Shown one piece after another: positions 38,733 through 48,941 of a stretch of 64,000 nt of DNA. Origin of the DNA: Alphaproteobacteria bacterium. GTDB lineage: Bacteria; Pseudomonadota; Alphaproteobacteria; SP197. Under the pieces are notes generated by a model. It was not told where the DNA came from and ran no database searches. It saw only the letters and a program-made list of their open reading frames with translations. The stretch covers positions 928,001 to 992,000 of the forward strand of contig OZ219917.1 in NCBI GenBank assembly GCA_964291415.2, written 5' to 3'. Both the position numbers and the translations under genes were made by a program. The first letter of the stretch is position 1; each line of letters opens with the position of its first letter.

Positions 38733-40385
38733 TCAGCTCAGGCTGAATCCGGTATAGCCGTTCTCCATGACATTGCGGCAGATATCGGAATAGTTCTTGT
38801 GTCCAGCGATGAATGCCAGGAAGCGGCGTGGCTTGCCCGATACATTTGCGCCTATCCACCAGGAATCGGCCTGCGGGTAGAGCGTGTCCTCGACGAGTTC
38901 CGCTACCCCGCTCGTCCAGTTCTCCTGGGCATGCCGGTCGGCCTCGATGCGCCTGTGGTTCCTCTGGCGCATGTAACCGATGCAGTTCGCGATCCATTCG
39001 ACATGCAGTTCGAACGAGACGAACATGTTCGTGAAGACGGAAGGGCTCCCCGGTCCGGTGATGGTGAAGAGATTGGGGAATCCGGACATGGCGAGTCCCA
39101 GGTAGGTAGACGCTCCGTCCCTCCACTCATCTGCCAGTTTCCTTCCGTCGCGGCCGGTGATTCCGGCCGCCAGCAGGGCGCCGGTCATTGCATCGAATCC
39201 GGTGGCGACGATCACGATGTCGAAGGCGTATTCTCTGTCACCTGCAACAAGCCCCTCGTCCGTGAACTCCCTGATAGGAGTCTTCCTGGTGTCCACCAAG
39301 TGGACATTGGGCCGGTTATAGATCTCGTAGTATCCGGTATCCACGCAGGTGCGCTTCGTTCCGATCGGGAAATGCATCGAACACAGTGTGTCGGCCGTCT
39401 CCGGATCCTGTACGATCGAGCGTATCTTGTTCCGGACGAACTCCGCGATCTCGAGATTCGTTTCGGCGCTCAGCGTGGTATCGGAGAACGCCATGTTGAA
39501 GAGAAGGCCGCCGTGGTTCCACCGGGACTCGAGCTGCGCGCGGCGGTCCTCGGCCGAAAGGTTGCAGCCTTTCCGGAAGGTCGCCGGATTGGTGTCGAGG
39601 ATGATGCCCATGAAGGACTGCCTGCACTGCGCCATCAGGTCCTCGAAATTCTCCCTGAACTCGGCACGGTCCGCGTCCGTCAACGGTCTGTTCCACGCCG
39701 GAATGCTGTAGTGCGCGCCACGCTGGAACACGTGGAGGCTCCCGGCCACTGGTGAGACGGCTGTCGCCGCCTGTATTCCCGACGCACCCGAACCGATGAT
39801 GGCGACCCGTTTGCCTTCGAAGGAGACATCGTGATGCGGCCAAAGGCCTGTATGGTACATTTCTCCCCGAAAACGCTCCTCGCCCTTGAAGTGCGGCTTT
39901 TTCGGTACCGAGAGAGGACCGGTCGCCATGACGACGAACTGCGTAAGGACGGTTTCGCCGGTTGCGGTTTCCAGGTGCCAGAGATTGTCGGAATCGATGA
40001 AATCGACGGAATTGATCCTCGAGTTGAAGCGGATGAAGGGGCGCAGTCCATAGCGCTCGCAGACGTGTCGGGCATACTCCAGAATCTCGGGTTGGGCGGC
40101 GTACCGTTCGGTCCAGTCCCAGTCCTCGGCGAGCGTCCGGTCGAAGGAATAGGAGTAGAAGAGGCTTTCGACATCGCACCTGGCGCCCGGGTAACGGTTC
40201 CAGTACCACGTTCCGCCGACATCATCTCCGGTCTCGAACACGACGGCCTCAAGACCCATCCGGCGCGCCCTGTAGAGCATGTAGAGGCCCGAAAATCCGG
40301 CACCGACGATGGCGACATCGAAGGTCTCGAGCGACCCGGCTTTGGTCCCGTTCTTGCGATTCAGGTCACCCTCCCGTCTCGTCAA
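38733..40385 (-). CDS. type I Baeyer-Villiger monooxygenase
   Basis: GAGFSG, GGTWYWNRYPGARCD, fingerprint FRGEMYHTGLWP, GSGASG, GTKRTC. Confidence 0.93.
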   Translation of the reverse strand: MTRREGDLNRKNGTKAGSLETFDVAIVGAGFSGLYMLYRARRMGLEAVVFETGDDVGGTWYWNRYPGARCDVESLFYSYSFDRTLAEDWDWTERYAAQPEILEYARHVCERYGLRPFIRFNSRINSVDFIDSDNLWHLETATGETVLTQFVVMATGPLSVPKKPHFKGEERFRGEMYHTGLWPHHDVSFEGKRVAIIGSGASGIQAATAVSPVAGSLHVFQRGAHYSIPAWNRPLTDADRAEFRENFEDLMAQCRQSFMGIILDTNPATFRKGCNLSAEDRRAQLESRWNHGGLLFNMAFSDTTLSAETNLEIAEFVRNKIRSIVQDPETADTLCSMHFPIGTKRTCVDTGYYEIYNRPNVHLVDTRKTPIREFTDEGLVAGDREYAFDIVIVATGFDAMTGALLAAGITGRDGRKLADEWRDGASTYLGLAMSGFPNLFTITGPGSPSVFTNMFVSFELHVEWIANCIGYMRQRNHRRIEADRHAQENWTSGVAELVEDTLYPQADSWWIGANVSGKPRRFLAFIAGHKNYSDICRNVMENGYTGFSLS

Positions 40386-41421
40386 ACCGGTCGATGATGG
40401 TGATCCCCGAATCCCGGAATGCGCTCATGCGTGGAAGGAACCGCGGCACCTTGTCGAGCGGTATCCTCCGGGCGATGGTCCGTTCGGGTTGCAGCCGGTT
40501 CTGCTCGATCATTCTGATAAGCTTCGGGTAGAGGTGGGGCGGCATGCAATAGCTCCCTACGACCTCGAGTTCGTTCCGGACCACCGCGCCCATTGGGATC
40601 GCGGCATGGTAGTCGTCTTCGAGCATGAGTCCGATCTGGACATGCCTTCCCTGTTTCCTAAGGCAGTTGATGGAATTGCGGCAGGTGAGGGTACTGCCAA
40701 GAGCGTCGACCGAAACGTGTGCGCCTCCCGACGTCAGTTCCCTGATGGCACCGGCAATGTCTGATTCGCTTCTTGCGTTCAGGGTTGCCGATGCGCCCGC
40801 TGATCGCGCAAGGGCCAGTTTCTCGTCAGTGATGTCGACCGCGATGGCGCTCGCGCCGAGTGCATCGGCGATCATGATCGCAGCAAGACCGATGCCACCT
40901 GCTCCATGGACAGCGACCCAGTCGCCCGGCTGCACATTCGCTCGCACGCCGATGGCGCGAAAGGACGTGGAAAACCGACAACCCAGTCCCGCGGCCACCT
41001 CGAACGAAATCGTTTCGGGCACATGGACAAGATTGAAGTCGGCCCGGTCGATGGAAACATACTCCGCATGGCAACCCCACCGGCGAAAGCCCGGCTGAAA
41101 CTGGTCGTCGCAAAGATGGTGGTTGCCGCGGGCGCAGGAAGCGCAGACTCCACAGACCCCCATCGGCGGCATGGTGACGCGATCGCCGGTCTTCCAGTGG
41201 TCGACATCCGCTCCGGTCTCGCAGATGATTCCCGCGAACTCGTGGCCGGGAACATGGGGCAGCCTGACATCGGGATCGTGGCCTGACCAGGCATGCCAGT
41301 CGCTCCGGCACAGCCCGCTTGCCTTGACCTTCACGATCACGCCGTCCCGCGCAGGTTCGGGATCGGGAACGTTCCTGACCGTGAGCGGTCCGCCGAAGGT
41401 CTCGTATACCGCCGCACGCAT
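40366..41421 (-). CDS. zinc-dependent alcohol dehydrogenase
   Basis: GLCRSDWH, GHEFAG, structural Zn site CGVCASC...C, GAGGIG. Confidence 0.93.
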   Translation of the reverse strand: MRAAVYETFGGPLTVRNVPDPEPARDGVIVKVKASGLCRSDWHAWSGHDPDVRLPHVPGHEFAGIICETGADVDHWKTGDRVTMPPMGVCGVCASCARGNHHLCDDQFQPGFRRWGCHAEYVSIDRADFNLVHVPETISFEVAAGLGCRFSTSFRAIGVRANVQPGDWVAVHGAGGIGLAAIMIADALGASAIAVDITDEKLALARSAGASATLNARSESDIAGAIRELTSGGAHVSVDALGSTLTCRNSINCLRKQGRHVQIGLMLEDDYHAAIPMGAVVRNELEVVGSYCMPPHLYPKLIRMIEQNRLQPERTIARRIPLDKVPRFLPRMSAFRDSGITIIDRFDETGG

Positions 41422-41426
41422 TGTTC

Positions 41427-42719
41427 TCAGAAACTCTCAAGATAGCGTTCGATCTCGATGTCCGTGACAACGTCGGCGACGAAATCCCGTTCCCGTTCAG
41501 CCTGGTTCACGAGAATCTCGAGCCGGTCGGCTCCCAGAAGGTCGAGCAGGAAGTCCGAGCCCCTTGCCTTGACGATGGCGACGTCGATAGTCGTCGGCAA
41601 CAGGTCGTAGCCTGTCGCGACATAGGCGTTCCCGACATGGGGCGGGGTCGGTTCGAGTTCCTGTTCGATCCCGTCGAGTCCCGCAGCAATCTGCGAGGCG
41701 AACAGGTAGTAGGGATTGCAGTCGGCCGATCCGTCACGCACCTCGATCCGAAGGGTCTGCGGAGAATGACCGATGATACGTATCCCGGTTGACCGGTTGT
41801 CGTATCCCCACGAATTGTTGACCGGACTGAAACTCTCGGGACGCCGGCGCCGGTAGGCATTCGGTGTTGTCGAACCGATCAGCGTCGTTTCAGCCATCCT
41901 CCTCTGCATTCCGGCAAGATAGGAGAGCCCGGTTCGGGAGAGCGCCCCGCCCTCGTCGTGGAAGACGGCCCTGCCGTCCTGCCAGAGCGAGTGGTGAAGG
42001 TGGAATCCGCTACCGGACTCGCCGGTGATGGGCTTGGCCATGAAGGTGGCGAGATAGCCTTGCGAATGGGCGATCTGTTTCACCAGACCCCTGAAGGCGA
42101 CGGTCCTGTCGGCCGTTTCCAGGGCTTCGCCGTACTCGATGTTCACCTCGACCTGGCCTGCAGCATACTCCGGATTTGACTGTTCGATCGGGATGCCGAC
42201 TTCGTCGAGATAGCGCCGTATCGGCCCGACGACATGGTCGAGTTCCGCAGCCCGTGTCAGGTTGTAGACCTGAATTCCCCGGTCCCGCGGCCGCCTGGTT
42301 TCCGGATCCATGAGATAGAATTCGAGTTCGCTGCCGATCCTGACCTCGAACCCCATTGACGAAGCTCGATCGAGAACGTCGAGGAGAACACCGCGTGGAT
42401 CGATCGGAATGGGCCTGTGATCCGCATCCTCGACCCGCCCCATGCAGAAGGCGACGCCCTCCTCCCAGGGCAGGCTCCAGACCTTTCCCAAAGGAAACAT
42501 GTGACAGTCGTGATAGCCGGTTTCCATGTTGCAGTAGGGGGTGTCCCAGACGTCGCATGTCATGTCGATCGCGAAGATTGCCGCCGACAGGGCAATGCCG
42601 CTTTCGCGGACGACAGGCCATCGCGATGCCGGAACCCGCTTTCCCCGGAGAATCCCGTTGAGGTCGCCTGCGCCCATGGAGATGGTATGGATGCCTTCAG
42701 GCAGTACGAATTGGCCCAC
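41427..42719 (-). CDS. glutamine synthetase-like gamma-glutamyl-amine ligase (PuuA/IpuC-like)
   Basis: DLNGILRGK, GSELEFY, EYAAGQVE, TFMAKP, GSGFHLHHS, WGYDNR, RIEVR; GTG start at 42719 after a purine-rich RBS. Confidence 0.88.
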   Translation of the reverse strand: MGQFVLPEGIHTISMGAGDLNGILRGKRVPASRWPVVRESGIALSAAIFAIDMTCDVWDTPYCNMETGYHDCHMFPLGKVWSLPWEEGVAFCMGRVEDADHRPIPIDPRGVLLDVLDRASSMGFEVRIGSELEFYLMDPETRRPRDRGIQVYNLTRAAELDHVVGPIRRYLDEVGIPIEQSNPEYAAGQVEVNIEYGEALETADRTVAFRGLVKQIAHSQGYLATFMAKPITGESGSGFHLHHSLWQDGRAVFHDEGGALSRTGLSYLAGMQRRMAETTLIGSTTPNAYRRRRPESFSPVNNSWGYDNRSTGIRIIGHSPQTLRIEVRDGSADCNPYYLFASQIAAGLDGIEQELEPTPPHVGNAYVATGYDLLPTTIDVAIVKARGSDFLLDLLGADRLEILVNQAERERDFVADVVTDIEIERYLESF

Positions 42720-42760
42720 TTCGCCTTCTCCCTCTTCAAAGGCCCTGTATCGCCGGCCGT

Positions 42761-43621
42761 TCAGCGTGTCCCGGGCTTCCTGGAAAGGATGTAGATCGAT
42801 ATCCCGACGATCAACATCGATGCAAAGATGACGCAGGAACCGATCGCATTGATCTCCGGGGTGATGCCCTGGCGCATCATGGACCAGATGTACATCGGAA
42901 GCGTGTTGGTGTTCCCGTTGATGAAGTAGGTCAGCGCAAGCTCGTCGAAGGACACGATCAGGATGATCATGCACGAGCCGATCAGAGTCGTCCTGATGTT
43001 GGGCAGCGTCACGTACCAGAATGTCTCGAGCGGCGTCGCCCCGAGATCGGCCGACGCCTCCTCGATGCGGCGGTCGAAGTAGGTCAGGCGCGCAAAGAGA
43101 TTCGCGACCACGATCGACGACATGAGCGTTCCATGGCCGATCATGATGGTGTGAAGTCCCAGACTGACGCCCCAGAAAGTGAAGTAGTTGAGAAGGCATA
43201 TGCCCAGTGTCAGGGCCGGCAGGGAAATCGGCATCAGCACGACCCGCTGCAGCGCGACCTTTCCGGGGAAGTCCCAGCGCATCAGCGCGAAGGCTGTGGG
43301 GATGCCCACCGCATTGGCGATGATAACGGCCGCGAAGGCGACGACGATGCTGTTGAAGAGCGCCTCCATCATGAAGGCGTTCTGGAAGGCTTTCTCGTAC
43401 CAGGAGAACGTGAAGCCAGTCAGCGGAAACACGGTCAGGTCGTTCGAGTTGAAACTGAACACCATCAGGACAATCAGGGGAAGGTAGAGGAAGACAAGCG
43501 AACAGCATGCCAGGATCATCACGAAAGAGGTCGTCGCCGATACCGGCTTTTTCCTCCTTTCCGGGAGAAGCGAGCGGCCTCCCGGAACCGAAATCCCCGT
43601 CATTGTCGAATCAAGGGCCAT
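42761..43621 (-). CDS. polyamine/opine-type ABC transporter permease (PotC-like)
   Basis: FLYLPLIVLMVFSFN, IEEASADLGA, SFDE, TPEINAIG. Confidence 0.9.
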   Translation of the reverse strand: MALDSTMTGISVPGGRSLLPERRKKPVSATTSFVMILACCSLVFLYLPLIVLMVFSFNSNDLTVFPLTGFTFSWYEKAFQNAFMMEALFNSIVVAFAAVIIANAVGIPTAFALMRWDFPGKVALQRVVLMPISLPALTLGICLLNYFTFWGVSLGLHTIMIGHGTLMSSIVVANLFARLTYFDRRIEEASADLGATPLETFWYVTLPNIRTTLIGSCMIILIVSFDELALTYFINGNTNTLPMYIWSMMRQGITPEINAIGSCVIFASMLIVGISIYILSRKPGTR

Positions 43622-43629
43622 TTGGTCTC

Positions 43630-44499
43630 CTATTCGATGTTCACCTTGCCAACCCGTTCGGCCTGGTTGGAAGCGCTGAGAAGGATCACGAAGATCACGA
43701 GCAGAACGACGGTGATGGCCGCGCCGAGGGGCCAGTTGAGCGCCATGCCGTACTGGGTCAGCACGACGTTCGCGATCATGTTGGCGGAAGGGCCGCCAAC
43801 CAGGATCGGCGACACGAAGTCTCCCACGGCAAGACAGAACGCCAGGGTCCAACCAGCGATGATGCCGGGAACGGCTAAGCGCAGCGTCACGTTCAGGAAC
43901 GTATGGAACGAGTTGGCGCCAAGGTCGCGGGATGCCTCTATGAGGCTTCTCGGAATCTTGTCCAGGGACGAATAGATGGGCAGCATCATCAACGGCATGC
44001 AGATATAGCCGATGGTGATGACCATGGCGTACTGGTTGTAGAGGAAGAACATGACCGGCTCGTCGACGATGCCAAGCCACAGCAAGGCCGAATTCAGCAC
44101 GCCTTCCGTGCCGAGGATTGTCTTCCAGGTATAGGAACGAAGAACGTAGGAGACCCACAACGGTATCAGCATCCCCATGTAGAGGAGCAGTTTGACGGCC
44201 CTGCTCTCCACCTTGAAGACGATGAAGTAGACCAGCGGGAAGCCGATCAGGAACGAGAACAGACAGCTCATCAACGCGATTCTGACGCTCCGGGCGATCA
44301 CCACGATGTACTGGTTGTTGGTCAGGAGTTCCTCGTAGTTGCCGAAATGAAAATCCGGACGGAAAGTGGGAAACTCCTGGGTCCAGAAACTCATCGAGGC
44401 CATGACACCGAGGGACCCCAGGACGATTCCGCCCCACCATAGAGCCGGAAGCGAGAACACGGCGAAGAAGTCGAGGGCGGTCCTCAGCTGGCGGCTCAT
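43630..44499 (-). CDS. polyamine/opine-type ABC transporter permease (PotB-like)
   Basis: PLWVSYVLRSYTW, LIEASRDLGA, GDFVSPILVGG, NWPLGAA. Confidence 0.9.
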   Translation of the reverse strand: MSRQLRTALDFFAVFSLPALWWGGIVLGSLGVMASMSFWTQEFPTFRPDFHFGNYEELLTNNQYIVVIARSVRIALMSCLFSFLIGFPLVYFIVFKVESRAVKLLLYMGMLIPLWVSYVLRSYTWKTILGTEGVLNSALLWLGIVDEPVMFFLYNQYAMVITIGYICMPLMMLPIYSSLDKIPRSLIEASRDLGANSFHTFLNVTLRLAVPGIIAGWTLAFCLAVGDFVSPILVGGPSANMIANVVLTQYGMALNWPLGAAITVVLLVIFVILLSASNQAERVGKVNIE

Positions 44500-44502
44500 C
44501 GA

Positions 44503-45606
44503 TCAGACCTCGCCTGAGGCATCAACGTGACCGTCGAACAGAACGACCGAATCGGGGTCGACATGGAGTTCGATCCGTTCGCCCACCTGGGGAATCTCCC
44601 CCCGTGCGCCTTTCCATGAAAGGGGCGCGATCAGCGACAGCGGGGCCTTTGCTCCGACATCGACCAGGATCTGCATTGCTTCCCCCCGGTAGAAACTCTC
44701 GGTCACGCGGCCGCTGAAACTGCTCGTCGTGACCTCCCGACGATGAAGGCCGATCCGCTCGGGCCTGATGGACATGGTGACGGGTCTGCCGACCTCGGCG
44801 CTTCGGCCGTTTGCCGTCACCTCCAGGCTGGCGTCGCCGAAAGCGATTCGCAGAGTAGCACCGGCTGCCGACTCGATCCTGCCGGGAACAAGGTTTGATG
44901 CGCCAAGGAAACTCGCGACATAGGGTGTAGCGGGATGATTGTAGAGGTCTTCCGGCGACCCCGATTCCACCACGACGCCATCCTTCATCACGATGATCTC
45001 GTCGGACATCACAAGGGCTTCTGCCTGATCGTGTGTCACCATGAGGAAGGTCAGGTCCGCTCTCTGCTGCAGTTCCCGAAGTTCGATCTGCATCGTGGCG
45101 CGAAGCTCGGCGTCGAGCGCGGAAAGCGGCTCATCGAGAAGGAGAACCTTGGGGTGCCGCACAAGGGCCCGCGCCAGGGCCACGCGTTGCCTCTGGCCGA
45201 CGGATAGTTCGTGGGGTTTCGACCGTGCCTTGTGACCCAGCTGGATCATGTCCAGCGCCTTCTTCAGTTCGCTCGCCGCGTCGAGTTTCCTGCCTTCGCC
45301 GAAACGCAGGCCGTAGCCGATGTTCTCCTCGACTGTCATGTGCGGGAACAGCGCGAAGTCCTGGAACATCACGTTGAGCTTGCGGGTGTGGGGCGGGAAG
45401 TCGGTGATGTCCTCGCCGTCCAGGAGAATGCGGCCGCGATCCGGGTACTCGAAACCGCCGATCATGCGCAGGGTCGTCGTCTTGCCGCAACCCGAAGGAC
45501 CCAGCATCGTCACGTACTTGCCGTGCTCGACGCTCAGGCTGAGATTGTCGACTGCGGTCAGATTGCCAAAGGTCTTCGTGACCTGCTGCAGTTCGATGAC
45601 GTCCAT
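44503..45606 (-). CDS. polyamine-type ABC transporter ATP-binding protein (PotA-like)
   Basis: GPSGCGKTT, FQDFALFPHM, LSVGQRQR, DEPLSALD. Confidence 0.92.
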   Translation of the reverse strand: MDVIELQQVTKTFGNLTAVDNLSLSVEHGKYVTMLGPSGCGKTTTLRMIGGFEYPDRGRILLDGEDITDFPPHTRKLNVMFQDFALFPHMTVEENIGYGLRFGEGRKLDAASELKKALDMIQLGHKARSKPHELSVGQRQRVALARALVRHPKVLLLDEPLSALDAELRATMQIELRELQQRADLTFLMVTHDQAEALVMSDEIIVMKDGVVVESGSPEDLYNHPATPYVASFLGASNLVPGRIESAAGATLRIAFGDASLEVTANGRSAEVGRPVTMSIRPERIGLHRREVTTSSFSGRVTESFYRGEAMQILVDVGAKAPLSLIAPLSWKGARGEIPQVGERIELHVDPDSVVLFDGHVDASGEV

Positions 45607-45632
45607 GCCTGGATCCCTGGATCGCGTATCCG

Positions 45633-45668
45633 CCCCGGGCAGGAGACCCTTGCGTCACCTGCCCGGGG
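45633..45668 (-). other. stem-loop between the SBP and ATPase genes
   Basis: CCCCGGGCAGG ... CCTGCCCGGGG, 11-bp inverted repeat. Confidence 0.55.
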
Positions 45669-45689
45669 TGAAACTCCGGAAACCGCGGA

Positions 45690-46754
45690 CTACTCCGCCG
45701 CCTTCACGGCATTCCAGACTTCAATCATCTTCGCGGGCCGGGCGGGTTCGCGCCACAGCACGAGGCCGTCGAGGTACTCGGGCTGATGTTGATGACGTCC
45801 GGTGAACTCCTCCTCCGTCATGCAGGATTCCACCTGCGGATTGGCTGCTGAGAAACCCGAGAACAGGGACATGCCGCACTGCCCCTCAGGGCTCGCAGCA
45901 AAGTTGAGCCACTGGTAGACGCACTCCATGTCCTGGGCGTCCGTCGTGATCTGCCAGCCGTCCATCCAGCCGTCAGCGAGTTCCTTGGGCAGGTACTCCA
46001 CCATGGGAATTCCCTTGGCCTGCAGTTCGGCAGACTGGTATCCGCCCCACGTGTTCGAAATCCAGATCTCGCCGTTGGCGGCGAGGTTGATGTGATCGCC
46101 GGCCTGTGACCAGTAGGTCCGCAGCAGCTTCTTCTGATCAATGAGTTTCTGCTGGACTTCGGCCAGTTGTTCGTCCGAGAGATCGAAGACATTGACGTCA
46201 GTGCCGAAGAGATAGCGCGCAACGGGATAGATGTTCGACTTGTCATCCCACAGGCTGATCCTGCCTGCATACTTCTCGTCGAAGATCACGGCGATCGAAT
46301 CAAGTTCCTCGTCCACCTTGTCCGTTCGATACATCATCGGGATCGATCCCCACGCGTTGGGCTGCGCAATGACCGTTCCGTCTTCCAGGGTGATGCCCGG
46401 GTTGATCTGAAGATTCTCGTAGAGATCCTGGAAGTGTTCCAGCTTGCTGGTGTCGATGGGCGCGATCTTCCCCAGTTTCCAGAGGATCGTCGTGGTATCG
46501 ACTGACGGCGATACCAGGTCGTACCGGTCGCCAGCAGCGATCTTCGCAATAATCTCGTCATTCGAGCCGACCAGTGTGGGTTTGAGTTCACAGCCTGTTG
46601 CTTCCTGCCAGTCCGATGTGAAGCTCTCGTCAGCGTAGGAGACCCATGTCAGCAAACTGAGTTCGCTGGCATTCGCCTGAACTGCGGCAAGGCTGGTGGC
46701 TGCGCCGAGCGCACATGCTGCAACAAGCCCCTTGAGTTTGGTTTTCCTTGACAT
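45690..46754 (-). CDS. polyamine-type ABC transporter substrate-binding protein (PotD/PotF-like)
   Basis: Signal peptide; LLTWVSY, YDLVSPS, PKELADGWMDGW. Confidence 0.88.
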   Translation of the reverse strand: MSRKTKLKGLVAACALGAATSLAAVQANASELSLLTWVSYADESFTSDWQEATGCELKPTLVGSNDEIIAKIAAGDRYDLVSPSVDTTTILWKLGKIAPIDTSKLEHFQDLYENLQINPGITLEDGTVIAQPNAWGSIPMMYRTDKVDEELDSIAVIFDEKYAGRISLWDDKSNIYPVARYLFGTDVNVFDLSDEQLAEVQQKLIDQKKLLRTYWSQAGDHINLAANGEIWISNTWGGYQSAELQAKGIPMVEYLPKELADGWMDGWQITTDAQDMECVYQWLNFAASPEGQCGMSLFSGFSAANPQVESCMTEEEFTGRHQHQPEYLDGLVLWREPARPAKMIEVWNAVKAAE

Positions 46755-46866
46755 GATCCACCCTGTATTTCGTTGTTGAAGAAGTGCCGTTAGTCACTAC
46801 ACAGCAGGGTGCAGTATCGCTCCCTCCGCGTTTTGAGGTGAAGCCTACTTCGGGAGCACATACCGA

Positions 46867-48126
46867 TCAACTGCACTGCGGGTTCGGCGGGCTTCGCTTT
46901 CGCCGCCAGGCCACGAGGGTCAGGGGCAGAAGCAGAAGATGAAAAACGAACACCATGGCAGCGAGGCCGTGGGGATCCCACAGGTCCATCGCAAGGCCTG
47001 CGAGAGCCGGACCCAGGATGGAACCCGAACAGAACATGATCCCGAACACCGTGGTCGCGGACGGCAGGTCCGCGCCGCGAAAGCGATCGCCCAAGAGCAT
47101 TACAGCGATGCCGTAGTGAGCCGAGCGAATCCCTCCGAAGACCATGAGGTAGGTGATGAAGAGCAGGCCGCCGACATCGTCGATCCAGGGCAATCCGGGA
47201 GTTGGAACACCACGCAGTTCGGGAATCCACGGCAGGACGAGCGAAGCCAGCGCCCCGGCCACGGTAAAGCACGTCAGAAGAAGCGTGCGGTCGATCCGGG
47301 AGGCGAGCCAGGCGAGAAGGAAGGTCACGAGGGCGCCGCCCCATCCTTGCCATCCCAGCATGCGTGCCGAAAGCGCCTCGCCAAGACCGAGCCTCAGGCC
47401 ATAGACCGCCAGGAGCGCCATCAGTGCGCTTCCGACCATGCCGAACATGAGGTTCCCTATCATCGGCACGGGTGCAAGGCGGACATACTGGTGGAGCCGT
47501 GCCGAGGGACGGTCGTCCGGTGCAATTCGCACGCCGAAGGAGAGGAGGAGGGGCATCATGACGAAGGCGACCATGATTGCCGCGGTGACGAACGGCAGCG
47601 TGCCCACCGTCCCTGTCTCGGCCAGCAGGAAGGGACCGGCGGCGAAGCCGGAGGCGATGGAGAACATGAAGATGCTGATGGTCCGGCCACGGTTGCGGTC
47701 GTCGGATTCATGGTTGAGCCACGTTTCCCCGGTGGTCCACATCATCGATTGCGAGGCGCCGAGCGCCAGGCGCAGGGGAAACCAGAGCCAGACGTCGACG
47801 AAGAAGGCCATGAGCGTGATGGCGCCCAGTGCCAGCACGGCGCCGGCCATCATCAGCCGCGCCGGACCCAGACGCCTTATGAGGAACGGCAGGACCGGCA
47901 TGATGATGAAGATGCCGGCCATCTGCACGGCACCGCTCAGACCGATGAGCGATCCGCTGACGTCCCTGTCCTCGAGAACGAACGAGAGGAGCTGTCCGGA
48001 ATAGCTGTAGAACGTTGCCACGGCCGCCATTGCGGCGATGACCGCGGCGAGGCCCGTCCGCTGACGGCGGGGAGTCGGCACAGGCTGTCCTGCGGGCTCG
48101 CTGCCCGCGACGGCGTTCCTGTCCAT
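46867..48126 (-). CDS. MFS transporter
   Basis: About 12 hydrophobic segments; RRLG loop; ETWLN...RGR; GSILGPALAG. Start may be 48177. Confidence 0.88.
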   Translation of the reverse strand: MDRNAVAGSEPAGQPVPTPRRQRTGLAAVIAAMAAVATFYSYSGQLLSFVLEDRDVSGSLIGLSGAVQMAGIFIIMPVLPFLIRRLGPARLMMAGAVLALGAITLMAFFVDVWLWFPLRLALGASQSMMWTTGETWLNHESDDRNRGRTISIFMFSIASGFAAGPFLLAETGTVGTLPFVTAAIMVAFVMMPLLLSFGVRIAPDDRPSARLHQYVRLAPVPMIGNLMFGMVGSALMALLAVYGLRLGLGEALSARMLGWQGWGGALVTFLLAWLASRIDRTLLLTCFTVAGALASLVLPWIPELRGVPTPGLPWIDDVGGLLFITYLMVFGGIRSAHYGIAVMLLGDRFRGADLPSATTVFGIMFCSGSILGPALAGLAMDLWDPHGLAAMVFVFHLLLLPLTLVAWRRKRSPPNPQCS

Positions 48127-48309
48127 CCGTTCTCCACTGATAGCGCCCGCGGTCGAGAGGGCGCGGGCGGAGTTCACGCGTCGGAGTGTACGGGAGGAGA
48201 TTTGCGCAAGGGAAGCGGCTTGCTCACGTCTGCCGGTTCCACCCGGGGACTCGCTTTCACACAGTCAGGCGGATCCTCGTGTTCGCCACGACAGCCTTGC
48301 ACTCGGCGG

Positions 48310-48525
48310 CCGCGATCGGTCAGGAAGAAAGTCTCCGTGATCGCGTCGAACGAGAACGAGATCAGCGAGGAACCGATGATGGCCGAGCGGATGCTCGGCA
48401 GCGTGACACGGCGCAAGGTCTGTCACGGCCGGGCGCCGAGATCGTCCAAGGCTTCCTTGATGCACCTGTCGAATCGCCGCAGCCGGACAATGACATTGAT
48501 GACGACGATGGCCGTTACCGCTGAT
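48310..48525 (-). pseudogene. fragment of a PotC-like ABC permease with an in-frame stop
   Basis: Manual translation ...VRLRRFDRCIKEALDDLGARP*QTLRRVTLPSIRSAIIGSSLISFSFD...; EAA loop with TGA at 48423-48425; no 5' half. Confidence 0.7.
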
Positions 48526-48598
48526 CAAGTCGCGCCCCTTGTTCCGTCGCGCGGGCTATGGCACTAGACTTGAATCCGGCGGTGTGCGGATGGGTTTG

Positions 48599-48931
48599 AT
48601 GCCGAGAATGACCTTCATTGTGCGAAGTGGGGAGCGTGTCGAGATCGATGCGCCGGAAGGACTCTCCCTTCTCGAGATCGCACGGCAGTACGATATCGAC
48701 ATCGAGGGCGCCTGCGAGGGTTCCCTTGCCTGTTCCACGTGCCACGTCATTGTCGACGCGGAGGATTTCGAGCGCCTCGAGGACCCGAGCGAGGACGAGG
48801 AGGACATGCTCGATCTTGCTTTCGGCCTGACCCGCACCTCCCGACTGGGATGCCAGATCCTGCTGACTGAGGAGCTCGACGGACTGACGGTGACGCTGCC
48901 CCTTGAAACCCGCAACATGCTCTTCGAGTGA
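48599..48931 (+). CDS. fdx: 2Fe-2S ferredoxin, adrenodoxin/ISC type
   Basis: [29 protein letters not shown]. Confidence 0.93.
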   Translation: MPRMTFIVRSGERVEIDAPEGLSLLEIARQYDIDIEGACEGSLACSTCHVIVDAEDFERLEDPSEDEEDMLDLAFGLTRTSRLGCQILLTEELDGLTVTLPLETRNMLFE

Positions 48932-48941
48932 CAGGTCTGCC

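Noticed and set aside
41427-44440. Long ORFs 41427..43508 (693 aa) and 42761..44440 (559 aa) as fusion proteins
   Set aside because: The N-terminal extensions are off-frame readings of the upstream permease genes; the real starts are about 42719 and 43621.
34390-48425. In-frame TGA codons in two remnants as evidence of TGA recoding
   Set aside because: Intact genes use TGG for Trp and TGA as stop; single TGG>TGA mutations in pseudogenes explain both.
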